Part shown: positions 51,701 to 64,000 of the stretch, piece by piece
Numbering within the stretch: the first letter of the stretch is position 1
Layout of the letters: every line of letters starts with the position of its first letter
Source: Octopus vulgaris
Lineage: Eukaryota
Length of the DNA stretch: 64,000 bases
Reading direction: 5' to 3'
NCBI GenBank assembly: GCA_951406725.2
Contig: OX597814.1
Span: forward strand, 66,650,001-66,714,000
The notes under the pieces: generated by a model
Database searches by the model: none
What the model was told of the DNA's origin: nothing
What the model saw: the letters and a program-made list of their open reading frames with translations, nothing else
Position numbers and translations under genes: made by a program

Positions 51701-53791
51701 AGGCACAGGAGTGGCTGTGTGGTCAGTAGCTTGCTTACTACGCATGCGTGAGTCAGTGTTGTTTCTGCACTGAATGCTGTCAAGACGCGCTTTCGCTGCG
51801 GTCTTGAAGTGAAGCACGTTGAAGGCGCGACTGTAAAGTAGGCATCTGTTTCTTTGGGGATTTAGTGGGGTTTTGTTGTTTGATATTGTTTTTCTTTTTG
51901 CAAATAAGAAATCCTCACTGGGTCCCGGACATTTGTCTGCCTGCAGTCGCGCTACGTGACTCACTTAGCTGTGAAAATTCTTATTTTGGGGCGTGTCTCT
52001 CCTCCCAAAAAAATGTTGTGGATTTTACCAAAAATTTCTGAAGTTCGTACCAATTTGTGGAACTGTTCCTGCTGTTGGATTACCCTAAGCCAGGAGTACT
52101 GTCGGCGGGAACTGTGCTTTATTTTGCTGTGTTTTGAACTGTCTTCCTTCTTTCTTCTATCTTCCTTTTGTTTTGACTTCGAACTTTTTTTTTAACTTTG
52201 GTTTGAATTTTTTTGCTCTCAAGCATGGCAAAGAAACATAAGGTGTTGGAGTGGGAAATTGCCCCACCCAAACTGTGGATAAAAAGTCTTGAGGAGAGGA
52301 CGGTGGTGCTGCGAACGTACTCCAAGTTGCTCGACACCATCGCCCTCTTTAAAAAGAGAGAGAGTTGGCGGAGTATATGCCAACTATAAAATTTATTTCC
52401 AGGAGTGTCAAATATGCGAAGGGACTCGCAATTTTGCAAGTCAGCCCTTAGTGGGCGAAGAAATATTGTTTCTTCCCACGTGTTGTGGGAAGAAGTTGAC
52501 AAGGGCTTGGGTCTGCGGTTTGCCACCCGGGATAGAACCCGAGTGGATAGAAGACACTATCCGCCGCGGTCTGGGTGGCAGCGGAGCCAAACTCCTCAAT
52601 GTCAAAATTTTGCCTGCGGCTGATTGGGTGGGGTCAAAAGCGGGTTTGACCCTGTGGGCCCAATCAGCCAAGAATATGGCGTTTCTAGATTTTCTTAAAA
52701 TAGCCGGTTCTCGGTATCCGGTGGTTCTTGAGGGACACCCCAAGTGTCACCTGTGCCTGGAACCGGGCCATATTAAGAACTGTCCCCAGGACCAAAGTAG
52801 GTTCATGGAGCAGTTAATAAAAGTAGCGCCCTCCCCGCTCCTCCTTTGGAGGGAGAGGCAGTCGAGTAGGTGGGGATCTCCTCGAAAAATGGGAAAAAAG
52901 AAAGCAATGGTTGCCCACAGAAGGACCCTAAAGCTGCAGGGGCGAGGGAAGATCCTCCGGATAAACGGAGGTACCCCACCCCCCGTAGCACAAAGGATGA
53001 AGAAAAAGAAAAAACAAAGAATGGGACATCGCCGGCGGTTGGAAGTGCACTGCCAGTATGTCCTGAAACCTCGTCGGTGGGATTTGTGCCACCGACGGAG
53101 GAAATAGTGGCCAAGGGAGGGGTGATGCAGAGCTTCATAAAAAAGCTGGAGGGCCGGAGGGAGGGGAACTTGCCCTGGACTGAAGACTCGGATTGGCCTC
53201 CGCAGGTAACTGCGGAGGTCCTAACAGACATTGAAATGTTCAGGGTAATGGACTCCTTTCCGAAGGACCAGTATAGGTTAGCCTTTTGGCGCACCGACCT
53301 GGAACTACAGGAGTGCCTGCAGGAGGCATATGGCCTGGTTAGAGAGAAAGGATAAGAGGCCTTAGTGCCTCAATTTTCATTGTTTATATTGTTTGGATTC
53401 TTTGGTAAGAGGCTCAGCGCCTCAATTTGTAAAGGCGATTACGTCAATTGTTATTGAACTGAGATAAGAGGTTTAGTGCTTCATTTTGTTTTTTAAAATA
53501 AAAAGAACAATATTTTCGAGAATGCAACAATCGGTGGGCGTTGTTTGCTTCTCCTACCAACCATTTCTTTCATTTCATCATCATCGTGTCCTCGTCCAGC
53601 CCGCAGCTACTACTGCTGTGTAATGCCTTGATGGCAAATCGAATGAAATAAAGTAGCTTGCTTACCAACCACATGGTTTCGAGTTCAGTCCCACAGCATG
53701 GCACCTTGGGCAAATGTCTTCTACTCTAGCCTCAGGCCGACAAAAGCCTTGTGAGTGGATTTGGTAGACGGAAACTGAAAGAAGCCCGTTG

Positions 53792-53854
<63 letters not shown>

Positions 53855-54046
53855 CTGTGTTTGTCCCCCATCCTCGCTTGACAACAGATGTTGGTGTGTT
53901 TACGTCCCCGTGGTTCGGCAAAAGACTTCGATAGAATAAGTACTAGGCTTACAAAGAATACGTTCTGGGGTCGATTTGCTCGACTAAAGGCAGTGCTCCA
54001 TCAGGGACACAGTCAAATGACTGAAACAAGTAAAAGAATAAAAGAA
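51701..54046 (+). mobile_element. SINE family A split by a 1.9-kb insertion (head 51701-51738, remainder 53652-54046)
   Basis: The two parts rejoin to give the family A sequence of 3802-4262. AGTAGCTTGCTTAC is duplicated at both junctions. Confidence 0.88.
51739..53651 (+). mobile_element. ORF1-only (HAL1-like) non-autonomous retroelement with 14-bp TSD
   Basis: TSD at 51725-51738 and 53652-53665. Frameshifted ORF from ATG 52225 to TAA 53355 with zinc knuckle CHLCLEPGHIKNC and an L1/Tx1 ORF1-like layout. No RT or endonuclease. Three hairpin repeats and AATAAA follow the stop. Confidence 0.72.
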
Positions 54047-55555
54047 TATATTGCTGAATACACTGATTAATATGTTTGGAAACAGTGACGATGTTAGCAT
54101 CCTTTCACGGTTGAGATATAGACTTCTCTGGTAGAGCGATGAAACTTTCTGGTGCAGAGGTAATCACACTTGTCTAAGATATTTGCTGAAATATTGTCTA
54201 GTTCTGGAAATTTCATGTCATTTAACCTGTTATTGATAGTTAGCGCAAATGGCAACGTACACTTCCTGCACAATTCACAGAACACTACTCGGTGCAATCA
54301 TCACCCAATAAAATGGTATGCTATACATACCATTAGATAATCGACATCCGATGCTATGATATTCATAAACCAACTTACACGATTCGTATTAAACAGAGGT
54401 ACCGCCCAATAATTACAACACCAACTTACATAGCACATAATCAACAAACACGCCACCCAACAAAATGACACAGCTCGCATTACATATGCTCTCCACAAAT
54501 ACTGATCCGCTAAAAAAGCAAATGAAATCCTACAGCAATGCAAAATAGATGTAGTATTCAAACAAAATATTTCACTCTCGAAAGACACCTGTGAAACGCA
54601 AATATACAACTGGTGATGCTGCAGAAACTCAAATAAACTATTGAAAACTAAGTATGATAAGAATGGCTTGTAATGATTTTGTACATTGGTATTTAGCTGT
54701 GTGACACAAAGAAGAAAATCGAAGAGCTGTCAAGTAAGACTTCCAGATATATACGTCCAAAAGGGCATTCTTAGGAAGTGTCCATTTTCTGAGGAAATTA
54801 TCGTTAGTTTGTGATTGGAAAAAAACAAAACATGCTTTCCAACCACTACAGAGTGGCTTCGGTAGAGTAAATGCCACTTAAACCAAAGAATACGATAATG
54901 ATGGATAATGAGGAATATTACAAGGGCAAATTGAAGATCATAGTATTCAAAGCACTTAAGTTACAAGAAACTCAATGTGACCTAAGCACTTTAGCAACAG
55001 GGTCTTCAATTATAAGACACCAAGGGTTCTACATTCAACTTCAGAAACCAACTTTGACACTTTCTTCACAAGAAAGAATGTCTTTGGGACTAACGTATTC
55101 ATTCTTCTCGTAACTTCAGACACATTATTTTAATTCATTTTCAAAATTGTAACATATACTATATCCAATGCGTGCCTTTTCGTTACATAACACAAGGTAA
55201 ATGAGGGTATCATTGTATCATTATACGCATTATTTTCATGACACGTAATTTTATCAACTGTACTTTTAAATCAACTTATTATATAGCTATATTATTTATC
55301 TCGGGCACTAGTAACGCGATAGAGTGAGGGTCTTATTGTTTCAAGTGCATGAAGAGTGTCTGTGTTGTAATGTGAACACAAACGGAGTAATTGAAATAAT
55401 TACAACTGAAGTATGAAATGGCAAACTCACATACGCGAGCGTGTACGCATAGGCACACACACATACACACACACACTCGTTTTCTTTATTTCTTTCACAC
55501 CCTTAAATTGAATAGAATCAATTTTTTTCTTTCATTTTAAAAGTGATGGACCTGA

Positions 55556-55621
<66 letters not shown>

Positions 55622-56812
55622 TACCGGCATATTAAACCATTATGAAGAAGATAACTTTTGTTTAACTTATTACATTGATCGTCACAACGAAATTGATAGG
55701 TTATCCTACTCTGATCAAAATACAATATATCAATTGAGAACCATCTCTAGCTGAAAATTAATCCTGACTGTTAGGTGGCTGAATTTAACGAAACGTTTCT
55801 GTGGATTTCAGCTGATAAAGCCATTGGAAAGTAGATCTCTGCGATTTTTCAGTATAGTCTCGACTCTAAGTTATAAAGAAAAGATAGAAATGAAAGAAGA
55901 CCAAGATATCTAGGCGGTCCTAAGTTTATCTGCTTTTCTTCTGTCTAACTAGGCGGGCAACCTCACAGTTACCGATTCCCTTAATTTCCGACAGTTTTGC
56001 AACTTTAGTACAGGATAATATCGATTTTTACATTGACACAAGAGGAAGGATCAAGTCATTTCACCACTCCAGCCAGTGCAGGATAAGGGAGTTGTATATC
56101 TTTCTCCCAAGGAAGACACTTCTAAGTAAACATTCAGCCTACAAAAGTAACCAAACTCCACTCCAAAAAAATCATACAGACCATCGTTTAAAAAAAGATA
56201 TTTGACAGTCATCAATGAAATGAAAAAGAACTGGTCACGAATGGAATGTCTTTGATCATTATTCTGCTCGATCAAGCTGACCTGGGGTTAAAACATCATT
56301 TGTTTCTTTCTCTCCACACACACATGCACATACACACTCACACTCTCGCGCGCACATGCACTCACACATGCACACACACATATAGAAACATGTACATATA
56401 CGTATACACTTATATACATACATACACATGCATGCACACACATCCATACACCTATTATTCTCTAATATCTCCAAGTTCTCTCAGTCACAAATTATCTGTC
56501 ATCATTATAATATTTTCGATCCCTCTGCCTTAATTCTCCTTTAATTAGCTATCTGGTGCTCTCGTCTTATGATATTTTCATTTTTCTTTCATTTCTTATT
56601 TCTCTTTCTCTCTCACTCTACCTCTTTCTCTCTCTCTCTTTCTCTCTCACTCTACCTCTTTCTCTCCCTCTCTTTCTCTTTCTCTCACTTTCTTTCTTTG
56701 TTGGAGTTTCTGAATTAACACTGCATATTCTTACCATACTCGTCACAAAATATGTGCGTGTGCGTCTATGTATGTATTGTGTATGTGTATGTATGTATGT
56801 ATGTATGTATGC

Positions 56813-56850
<38 letters not shown>

Positions 56851-56883
56851 TTATCAAAAGAAAAACAGGATGCAAAGGATTTA

Positions 56884-56970
56884 GCGGTACATATGTTTCT
56901 GGCTTTATTGGACAGTTTATATCAATGCATAATTGATGTAACATGTATGTCAATAGCCTTCTTCAGCCGC
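56884..56970 (-). ncRNA. Hammerhead ribozyme motif (left arm of fold-back)
   Basis: Reverse complement of 57046-57132, with two substitutions in the stem II extension. Confidence 0.78.
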
Positions 56971-57045
56971 GCACAATTACCACACCAAAGACATGTATTA
57001 CATTATAGCAGGTTTGAGAAGAAGTTTGGGAAAAATACGAGTTTC

Positions 57046-57132
57046 GCGGCTGAAGAAGGCTATTGACATACATGTTACATCAATTATGCATTGATATAAT
57101 TTGTCCAATAAAGCCAGAAACATATGTACCGC
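57046..57132 (+). ncRNA. Hammerhead ribozyme motif (right arm of fold-back)
   Basis: GCGG-CTGAAGA-A-GGCT(extended hairpin)AGCC-A-GAA-ACATATGT-A-CCGC. Stem I GCGG/CCGC, intact core, palindromic stem III, GUA site. Confidence 0.8.
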
Positions 57133-57254
57133 TAAATCCTTTGCATCCTGTTTTTCTTTTGATAAATATACCCTATCACCTATACCACTAACTGGCATAT
57201 ACAGGTGCTTACAGTTATCAAGTATTCACCCTGAATTTTTTGTATATATATATT

Positions 57255-57483
57255 TCTTTATTACCCACAGGGGGCTAAACATAGAGGGGCAAACAAGGAC
57301 AGACAAGGGGATTAAGTCGATTACATCGACCCCAGTGATTAACTGGTACTTATTTAATCGACCCCGAAAAGATGAAAGGCATAGTCGACCTCGGCGGAAT
57401 TTGAACTCAGAACGTAACGGCAGACGAAATACCGCTAGGCATTTCGCCCGGCGTGCTAGCGTTCTAACGTTTCTGCCAGCTCA
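57255..57483 (-). mobile_element. SINE family B, well-preserved copy
   Basis: Minus strand GAGCTGGCAGAAACGTTAG...GAGTTCAAATTCCGCCGAGGTCGAC...GGGGTCGAT. Confidence 0.82.
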
Positions 57484-57490
57484 CCTTATG

Positions 57491-57608
<118 letters not shown>

Positions 57609-58848
57609 AGCGTGCGAGTGTGCGCGCATATCCATTCGTATTGTTTATGTATCTGTATTGTATGTGTGCAACACCCATTGAGGCAGAAACACCTGGTCAC
57701 AGCTGTCCTCCTGTCTCCAGAAAAAAAAAAATAAGAAAAAATGTCTTTTCATCTATGACATATTCAGGAGAATTCTTGATTTTTTTCACAGGCCGTCGCA
57801 ATTGTCACCAAGCGGTTTTTTTTGTTTACCGTCTCCCCAAGCGGAGTTAAATTTAAAATGAATCAAGAATTTATCTTGTATTTTAGTATATCTTCTTTAT
57901 TTGTGTTTGTTGAGTGTTTACAGTTTTTTTTTACTTTTTGTTTTATGCACGCGAGCTCTCTCTCTCACACACACACACAGACCCAGTCATACACACCCAC
58001 GCTCACACACACACACACACAGATATACACACATCTCTTTCAGCCGCCTCCGCCGATCTTTCTCCCCTCGCTTATTTCTTTCCTCCTCACTCTAAATTCC
58101 GCTCTCTCTTACTGTCTGTCGTCTACTTTGTCTCAGTTATTTCCATCCCCTCATCGAAGTAATAAAGTCTTGACTATTGTTCTCTCTTTCTCTCTCTCAT
58201 ACATTCACACGTACGCACGCACATCTATTCGCGCGCGCACTCGTTCTTTCTCTCTCCCTTAATTTGAATAGAATCAAGGTTTTTTGTTTACTTTTCGTTT
58301 TAAAATATGATGGACCTGAATAGTGTGCGTGTGTACGCTTGCCTGCACATTAAACCCATTATTAAGTAGATAACTTACTTCTCTTTCACTCAACTATTAT
58401 AAATAAATAACATAAGTAATAAATAATAAAATAAAATAGATAAAGCAAGCACTTTGATTGAATCGCTTCATTTTTAATTAAACGACTGCTACCTGATGTC
58501 GCTAATGTCTCTAACTGTCCAGAGCCATTAACAAAATAATGATGGCGAAGAAGGGGCCAACAAACAATATGACTCCAGTGAAAAACTTCGTCGTACAGTA
58601 AGCGTTAAGGAGATCCAAGAGAGTGCTTTCTTTCCTACGATAAGCATTCTCTTTCCTCGCAGCTTTATTCCACATCCCACTCCTTATCCGTCAGTGATTT
58701 TCTCACTGTTATAATTAAAACGCTTCACCCTCTCTGTCTTCTCTTTCTCTTTCACAGAAACACAGCAGTAAATTTTTCGCCCTCTCCTTTTTTTAGTTCT
58801 GAGAATGATATATACATGTGTGTGTATATATACACACATGTATATATC

Positions 58849-58898
<50 letters not shown>

Positions 58899-59019
58899 CA
58901 TATCATATATATGGATTAAAATAAGAAATGGAAATGAAAACATTTGCAAAGATATGTATGTATGTTTATATAAAATCCTTAAATCCTTAAAAATGTTTTA
59001 GCCCGAAGGCTGGGCCATG

Positions 59020-59079
<60 letters not shown>

Positions 59080-59081
<2 letters not shown>

Positions 59082-59410
59082 AATCTGATTGCCTTTTTAG
59101 CATGTAAGAAGTCCACATAAAGGTCTTCCCTTTGTGAATAAATTTTTATACACTCATATAAGGAATAGAATCTGAAAACTATGGAAATACTTACCTATTC
59201 AAAGACTATAAAAATATCTACAAAACATTTCACTTAATTTTTCTCTCCAGTTTAATTGTTTTTCTTATTTTACTCTTAGTTGAAAAAGTCTAAAAAGACG
59301 GAAACCGTTGTCTCTAACGGCTATTGAAAAGGTTGCAAGACGCAACGCGAAAATTTTAGTAAAAAAGTAAATGAGTGGAAATCAGAGCGGTGTGTTAAAT
59401 TAATAAGGCA
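59080..59410 (+). mobile_element. Probable Penelope-like 3' remnant with degenerate hammerhead
   Basis: Weak GIY-YIG C-terminal traces (IKVFP; ...SLN), then TTAG-TTGAAAA-A-GTC-taaaaa-GAC-G-GAAACCGTTGTC-tCTAA at about 59276-59316, between microsatellites. Confidence 0.4.
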
Positions 59411-59451
59411 CTGACTGAGGCACTGAAACAGAATGACTCTCCCAAGACACA

Positions 59452-59508
<57 letters not shown>

Positions 59509-59540
59509 CATATATATATATAAATGTATGTATGTATACA

Positions 59541-59582
<42 letters not shown>

Positions 59583-60307
59583 TACATACACTTACATACA
59601 TACATATACAGACACATTAAGACACGCTTGCACGCACACAGACGGAACACACACACACATGCACTACAAACTTATCTGTTAAAATATGCTTGAGACATAT
59701 TCGAACCCTTAAGAAAGCCATTCACTATATTTTCAAATGCAAACACATTTTCACTGCAAACACACCAAGTCAGTTCACAGTGCTCCCAAACCAGACTGTT
59801 CGATGCATGCATTTCGGAGTTGTCATCTTCTCCTCAGCACCAGAGACTGGAAAGGCAGACACTGCAAACGGATAAAATAGATAGGTCTGTTTCATTATAT
59901 TCTAGACATCGTACTATGGCTGGTTGTACTAGTCGGCGGTTCACCGTAAATGAAATACTGAAGTGGGACACCGTGACACCATGATATATATTTAGTTTCG
60001 CGGTCAACTTACACCCCATGTATATGAACCATAGGACTCGTAGCTATCATTGGTTGTATTGTTTGGAATAACGTCGGGATTTTCTTCTTTAATGAGAGAA
60101 TATGTTGATACACCTTATGGAATTATAAACAAGAGCATTGCTGGCTGCTTTATAATTATATATTGATGCTGAATTCGCCTGATATATGAATTAAATTTCG
60201 CACCGACAAAGCGTAATGGAAATAAAATTTCCACATCGAGATTGAATTTATGCTTATGAAACAAATAGTTGTTATTTGTTGACAAATTTATTCTCTAACA
60301 ATATAAA

Positions 60308-60480
60308 AGGCGGCGAGCTGGCAAAATCGTTAGCTCACCGAGTCAAATGCTAAGCACCACCTCGTTCGTCTTTACGTTTTGAGTTCAAATTCCTTCGAGG
60401 TCGACTTTGCCTTTAGGGATCGATAAAATAAGCACCAGTTGAACACTGGGGATCAAGTAATTGATTTAGCCCTACCCCAG
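60308..60480 (+). mobile_element. SINE family B copy
   Basis: GGCGGCGAGCTGGCAAAATCGTTAG...GAGTTCAAATTCC...GATAAAATAAGCACCAG. Confidence 0.8.
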
Positions 60481-62071
60481 AAAACCCATGTAACTATATC
60501 TGCCTGCGGTGGATACATGTTCGATCTTATAATTAAGCGAATTTACGACTATAAAGAAAAGCGTAGTCACAGCTTTCGATCTCCCCTAATGTGAACAATA
60601 AAAGAAAGCCGATTGTGGCCAGTGGCGAAAGGGCTTTTTTTATTTGTAATATCAAGAATATTCCGGAGTTAACCATCTAGCAGTAAATGCATGTGTGTGT
60701 GTGAGAGAGAGAGGGGGGAGGGAGGGAGAGAGAGAGAGGATTTTAAAATAGAAAGAAATTGTCTCTATAATAATTGTCTCTATAATAAACGGTCTGAAGA
60801 GCCAATGGCAAGATGTACCATTTTTTCCTGGCATTTTTAATTGACCTAAGTCACATGAGGCGAAGTAAAGTGTTCTATGACTAGATTTAATTATTTTAAA
60901 ACTTTGCGTTCATAGACATATTACAAATAAAAACTACAATAATAAAAATTGTTGTCGTTACTTTGTTTTAGCCCCAGTCAGATTCATTCGAAGAAACCTA
61001 TGCTAAATGACGTTCAAGTCGTGATTCCAAAGGCCAGAGGGCTTTCGAAATTACATTACATTCTACTATGATGCTATAAATTATAACAGTTTGTTGTCCT
61101 CGCTTATATGTATCAGGAATTACATTATAAATGTGATTCTTTATTTAAAAAATCAATTATAGCGTCATTTGAGAGTGATTTGGCTGCTGTTGCTAACAGA
61201 TCGAGTAACCATACAAAGATTTCTATGCTGGATTCAGCAATGTCATAAATGGCCTGATGCGCCACTACTTTTAGACATAGGTAGGTGTATTACAATTCAA
61301 AACGTGTAAACAAACGGGAATTAATGAAGAAGAAAGACATTGAATAAAATCTGCGTTAAATTGTCTCTCAGGATTTATAACGTTAACAATCCCTCACTAT
61401 TATAAACACATAGAAAATCTGAATCGGCAATTTTCCCTCTACTTATGGCCAACTAAGTCATCAAACGTTGTGGTATTTTTATTCGGCTCGATAACTTGAC
61501 TTCTTGTAAGTGAGCACCTCTGATCCTTAAGTTTGATACTGGTGCGTATGAAATGTTAAATACCTATTTTAAACAACAACAATATTTAAGGATGATTGCA
61601 AAAGAAAACTTTGGAGTACGGAAATAAAACTTTGAAGGTCAGAATCGGTGAAAGATATTTAATACATTTCTAAACGGTGAAATGGCCACACATTGGCTTC
61701 TAATACGTCGGGTTTTTCAGAGGCGGTGTTGTTTTCCTGCGTGATGTTCATGATTTTCTTCCGTCATTTAACGATCTAAATAACTGTACTAAAATGTATT
61801 CAAGTGGCAATTTTATCTTTATAATCTTAAGAAATGTCAGGTAAGTTTAATTGGCCCAATTAAACTATGGTTGGTGTTTGTTTAATCATGATTCTGCATT
61901 TAATTTAATCTTCCGCCCGAATTTCATGCATTATCCGAAACCGTGTTAATGAGGTACTGCCCAAGATATGTGAACATGAAACTTTTATAATGAATATATA
62001 CATAATACTATTGAATTAGCGCCTAAGTAACGAAAGATAGAACATGTAACTAGCGAACTATAAAGATACCA

Positions 62072-62111
<40 letters not shown>

Positions 62112-62729
62112 TTCTATAACATCATTTTTTCTTTTTTTAATTATCTTCTCTTTTCTTTGCGACACACTAATAATTATCAAAACGATTTTTTTTCCAACGA
62201 AAAGACAAATTACAAATAAGTAACAATATTAGCACACGTCAATTAGCATATCATAATAATGTTTGACTTTGTACTAGTTTTCAATGTGGAACGTGTCTGA
62301 AACAGAGTAACCATGAGGGGTTACGTGGATATGGGGTCTATGTGTGTGGGTGCATGCCGACAGTATAGTGGTTGGAAAGTCGAGGTCGGGTACCAACATC
62401 ATAGGCACTAGACACAATGCAAACATTTTCTCAGTCTCGTTGATCTTCACTGCGCCGACCTCTACAAACAAATACGTATAAATACGCACCCGCACACCCA
62501 AACACACACACTCACACTTGCACACTAACAAAAATTCTTATTTCGGATATTCCACCCTACTTTTCCTGAAATGACACCGACTTATCGTCGTGGTCGTGGT
62601 CGTCATCGTCATCGTCATAGTCATCATCATCATCATTATTATCATCATCATCAAGTTTATGCACACACACACACATATACAAATACATACATACGTATAC
62701 ATACTTATATAAATATGGCTAGTATAATA

Positions 62730-63030
62730 TGGTTGGGCACCCTGTCAGTTACTACGTCGAGTGTTCCAGTATATTAGATCCACGGAACGCTCTGCTTGTG
62801 AAATTAACATGCAAGTGACGGAGCACTCCAGAGGTACATGTGCCTTTAACGTATTTCTTAGGAAGAATCAGCGTGACTTACCGAATGTGACAAGGTTGGC
62901 CCATTGAACTACAGGCACAACTCATTTTTGCCAGCTGAGTGGACTGGGCCAACGAGAAATAAAGTGTCTTGCTCAAGGACACAACGCGCCATTGGGAATC
63001 GAATTCATGATCATACGACAGCTAGCTGAA
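62730..63030 (-). mobile_element. tRNA-derived SINE (family C-related head, different body)
   Basis: Minus strand has a B-box-like TTCGATTCCC followed by GTGTCCTTGAGCAAGACACTTTATTTC. Confidence 0.6.
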
Positions 63031-63075
63031 TATATTAACGTCACATGTATCTGTGAGTGTGTGTGTGTATAAATA

Positions 63076-63111
<36 letters not shown>

Positions 63112-63153
63112 TGTATGTATGTATATATGCATGTATGTATGTATATATTTATA

Positions 63154-63197
<44 letters not shown>

Positions 63198-63682
63198 CAC
63201 ACACTAACAAGCACACACACGCACACATAAACACACACATATATTTGTATTTGTGTGTGTGCATGTATGCATATGGTTGTGCGACTATGTGTATGTATAT
63301 ATGTGTGAATTTGTTGGTATTACAAATGTATTTTTCGTATGTATGTATGTATGTATGTATGTATGCATGCATGCATGTATGTATGTATATATGTACGTAT
63401 GTATGTAGGTATGTTTATATGTATGTATGCATGCATGAATGTATGTATGTATGAACATTTATTCGTCAGTGTCCGTTTGCAAGATGCTAGTGCGTTTGGG
63501 TGGTTTAATGTTTGACTCCTGGTGGTTCACAGATCGGTACAATGTTACTCAGTGCACACCTGGCAAATGTGTAGACAAGAATTAGATTAAAAAAATCTGA
63601 TCATGTGAAGAGTAAACCGCTTTCCTTAATGAGCTGAAATTTCTCTCTCATACACATACGTTTGTGCGTGTGTGTGTGTTTG

Positions 63683-63890
63683 AAGGCTCGTGGCCTAGTG
63701 GTTAGGATGTTGCACTCACTATCGCTAGATCGCGGTTTCGATTCCCAGACTGAGCAGCACATTGTGTTTTTGAGCAAAACACTTTATTTCACGTGGCTCC
63801 GGTACCCCATTCGATCTGGGGTGGTGTCATTTGACGGCTAAAACAATGCAAAGCACATGGTGATCAGCGTTGTGTATCATCTGGCACTCT
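63683..63890 (+). mobile_element. tRNA-derived SINE family C-related copy
   Basis: GGCTCGTGGCCTAGTGGTTAGG...GGTTTCGATTCCCAGAC head; the tail resembles the 31592 element. Confidence 0.72.
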
Positions 63891-64000
63891 GGTAATATAT
63901 ATATAATTTAGTCACTGGATTCCTACTATGATAAAGCACCTCCTAGACGGGCTAAGTGTTCCAAGTTCACACCAATGCTTTAAACTCTGGTACTTATTCA

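Noticed and set aside
54094-54297. Minus ORF with LPFALTIN resembling a Pif1/Helitron helicase motif
   Set aside because: The following KSQG and all other helicase motifs are absent.

Overview
AT-rich, microsatellite-dense eukaryotic DNA. The tRNA-derived SINE families and repeat style suggest an octopod cephalopod; this is an inference, not a database result. The only host coding sequence I can support is one minus-strand exon (7131-7486) of an ADAMTS-type metalloprotease prodomain. The rest is intron or intergenic DNA full of decayed mobile elements: a CR1/L2-group LINE with a CCCH-finger ORF1, RTE, R4/Dong-like and L1/Tx1-like LINE pieces, Penelope-like (PLE) RT/GIY-YIG remnants, a Ty3/gypsy element, mariner, a hAT(m)-like transposon, Helitron-like ends and at least three SINE families. 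Most ORFs in the supplied track are microsatellite translations. The main unannotated signal is about ten short, non-coding, mutually divergent modules next to (TA)n tracts, often in inverted pairs, carrying minimal type-I hammerhead ribozyme motifs with palindromic stem III. Several have intact cores, including a near-perfect 124-bp-arm fold-back with one ribozyme on each strand (56848-57168). Also notable: an ORF1-only (HAL1-like) retroelement inserted with a 14-bp TSD into a SINE tRNA head, a 3' tail motif shared by the dominant SINE and the CR1/L2 LINE, and a spacer-less ~435-bp palindrome. Ends of decayed elements are approximate.
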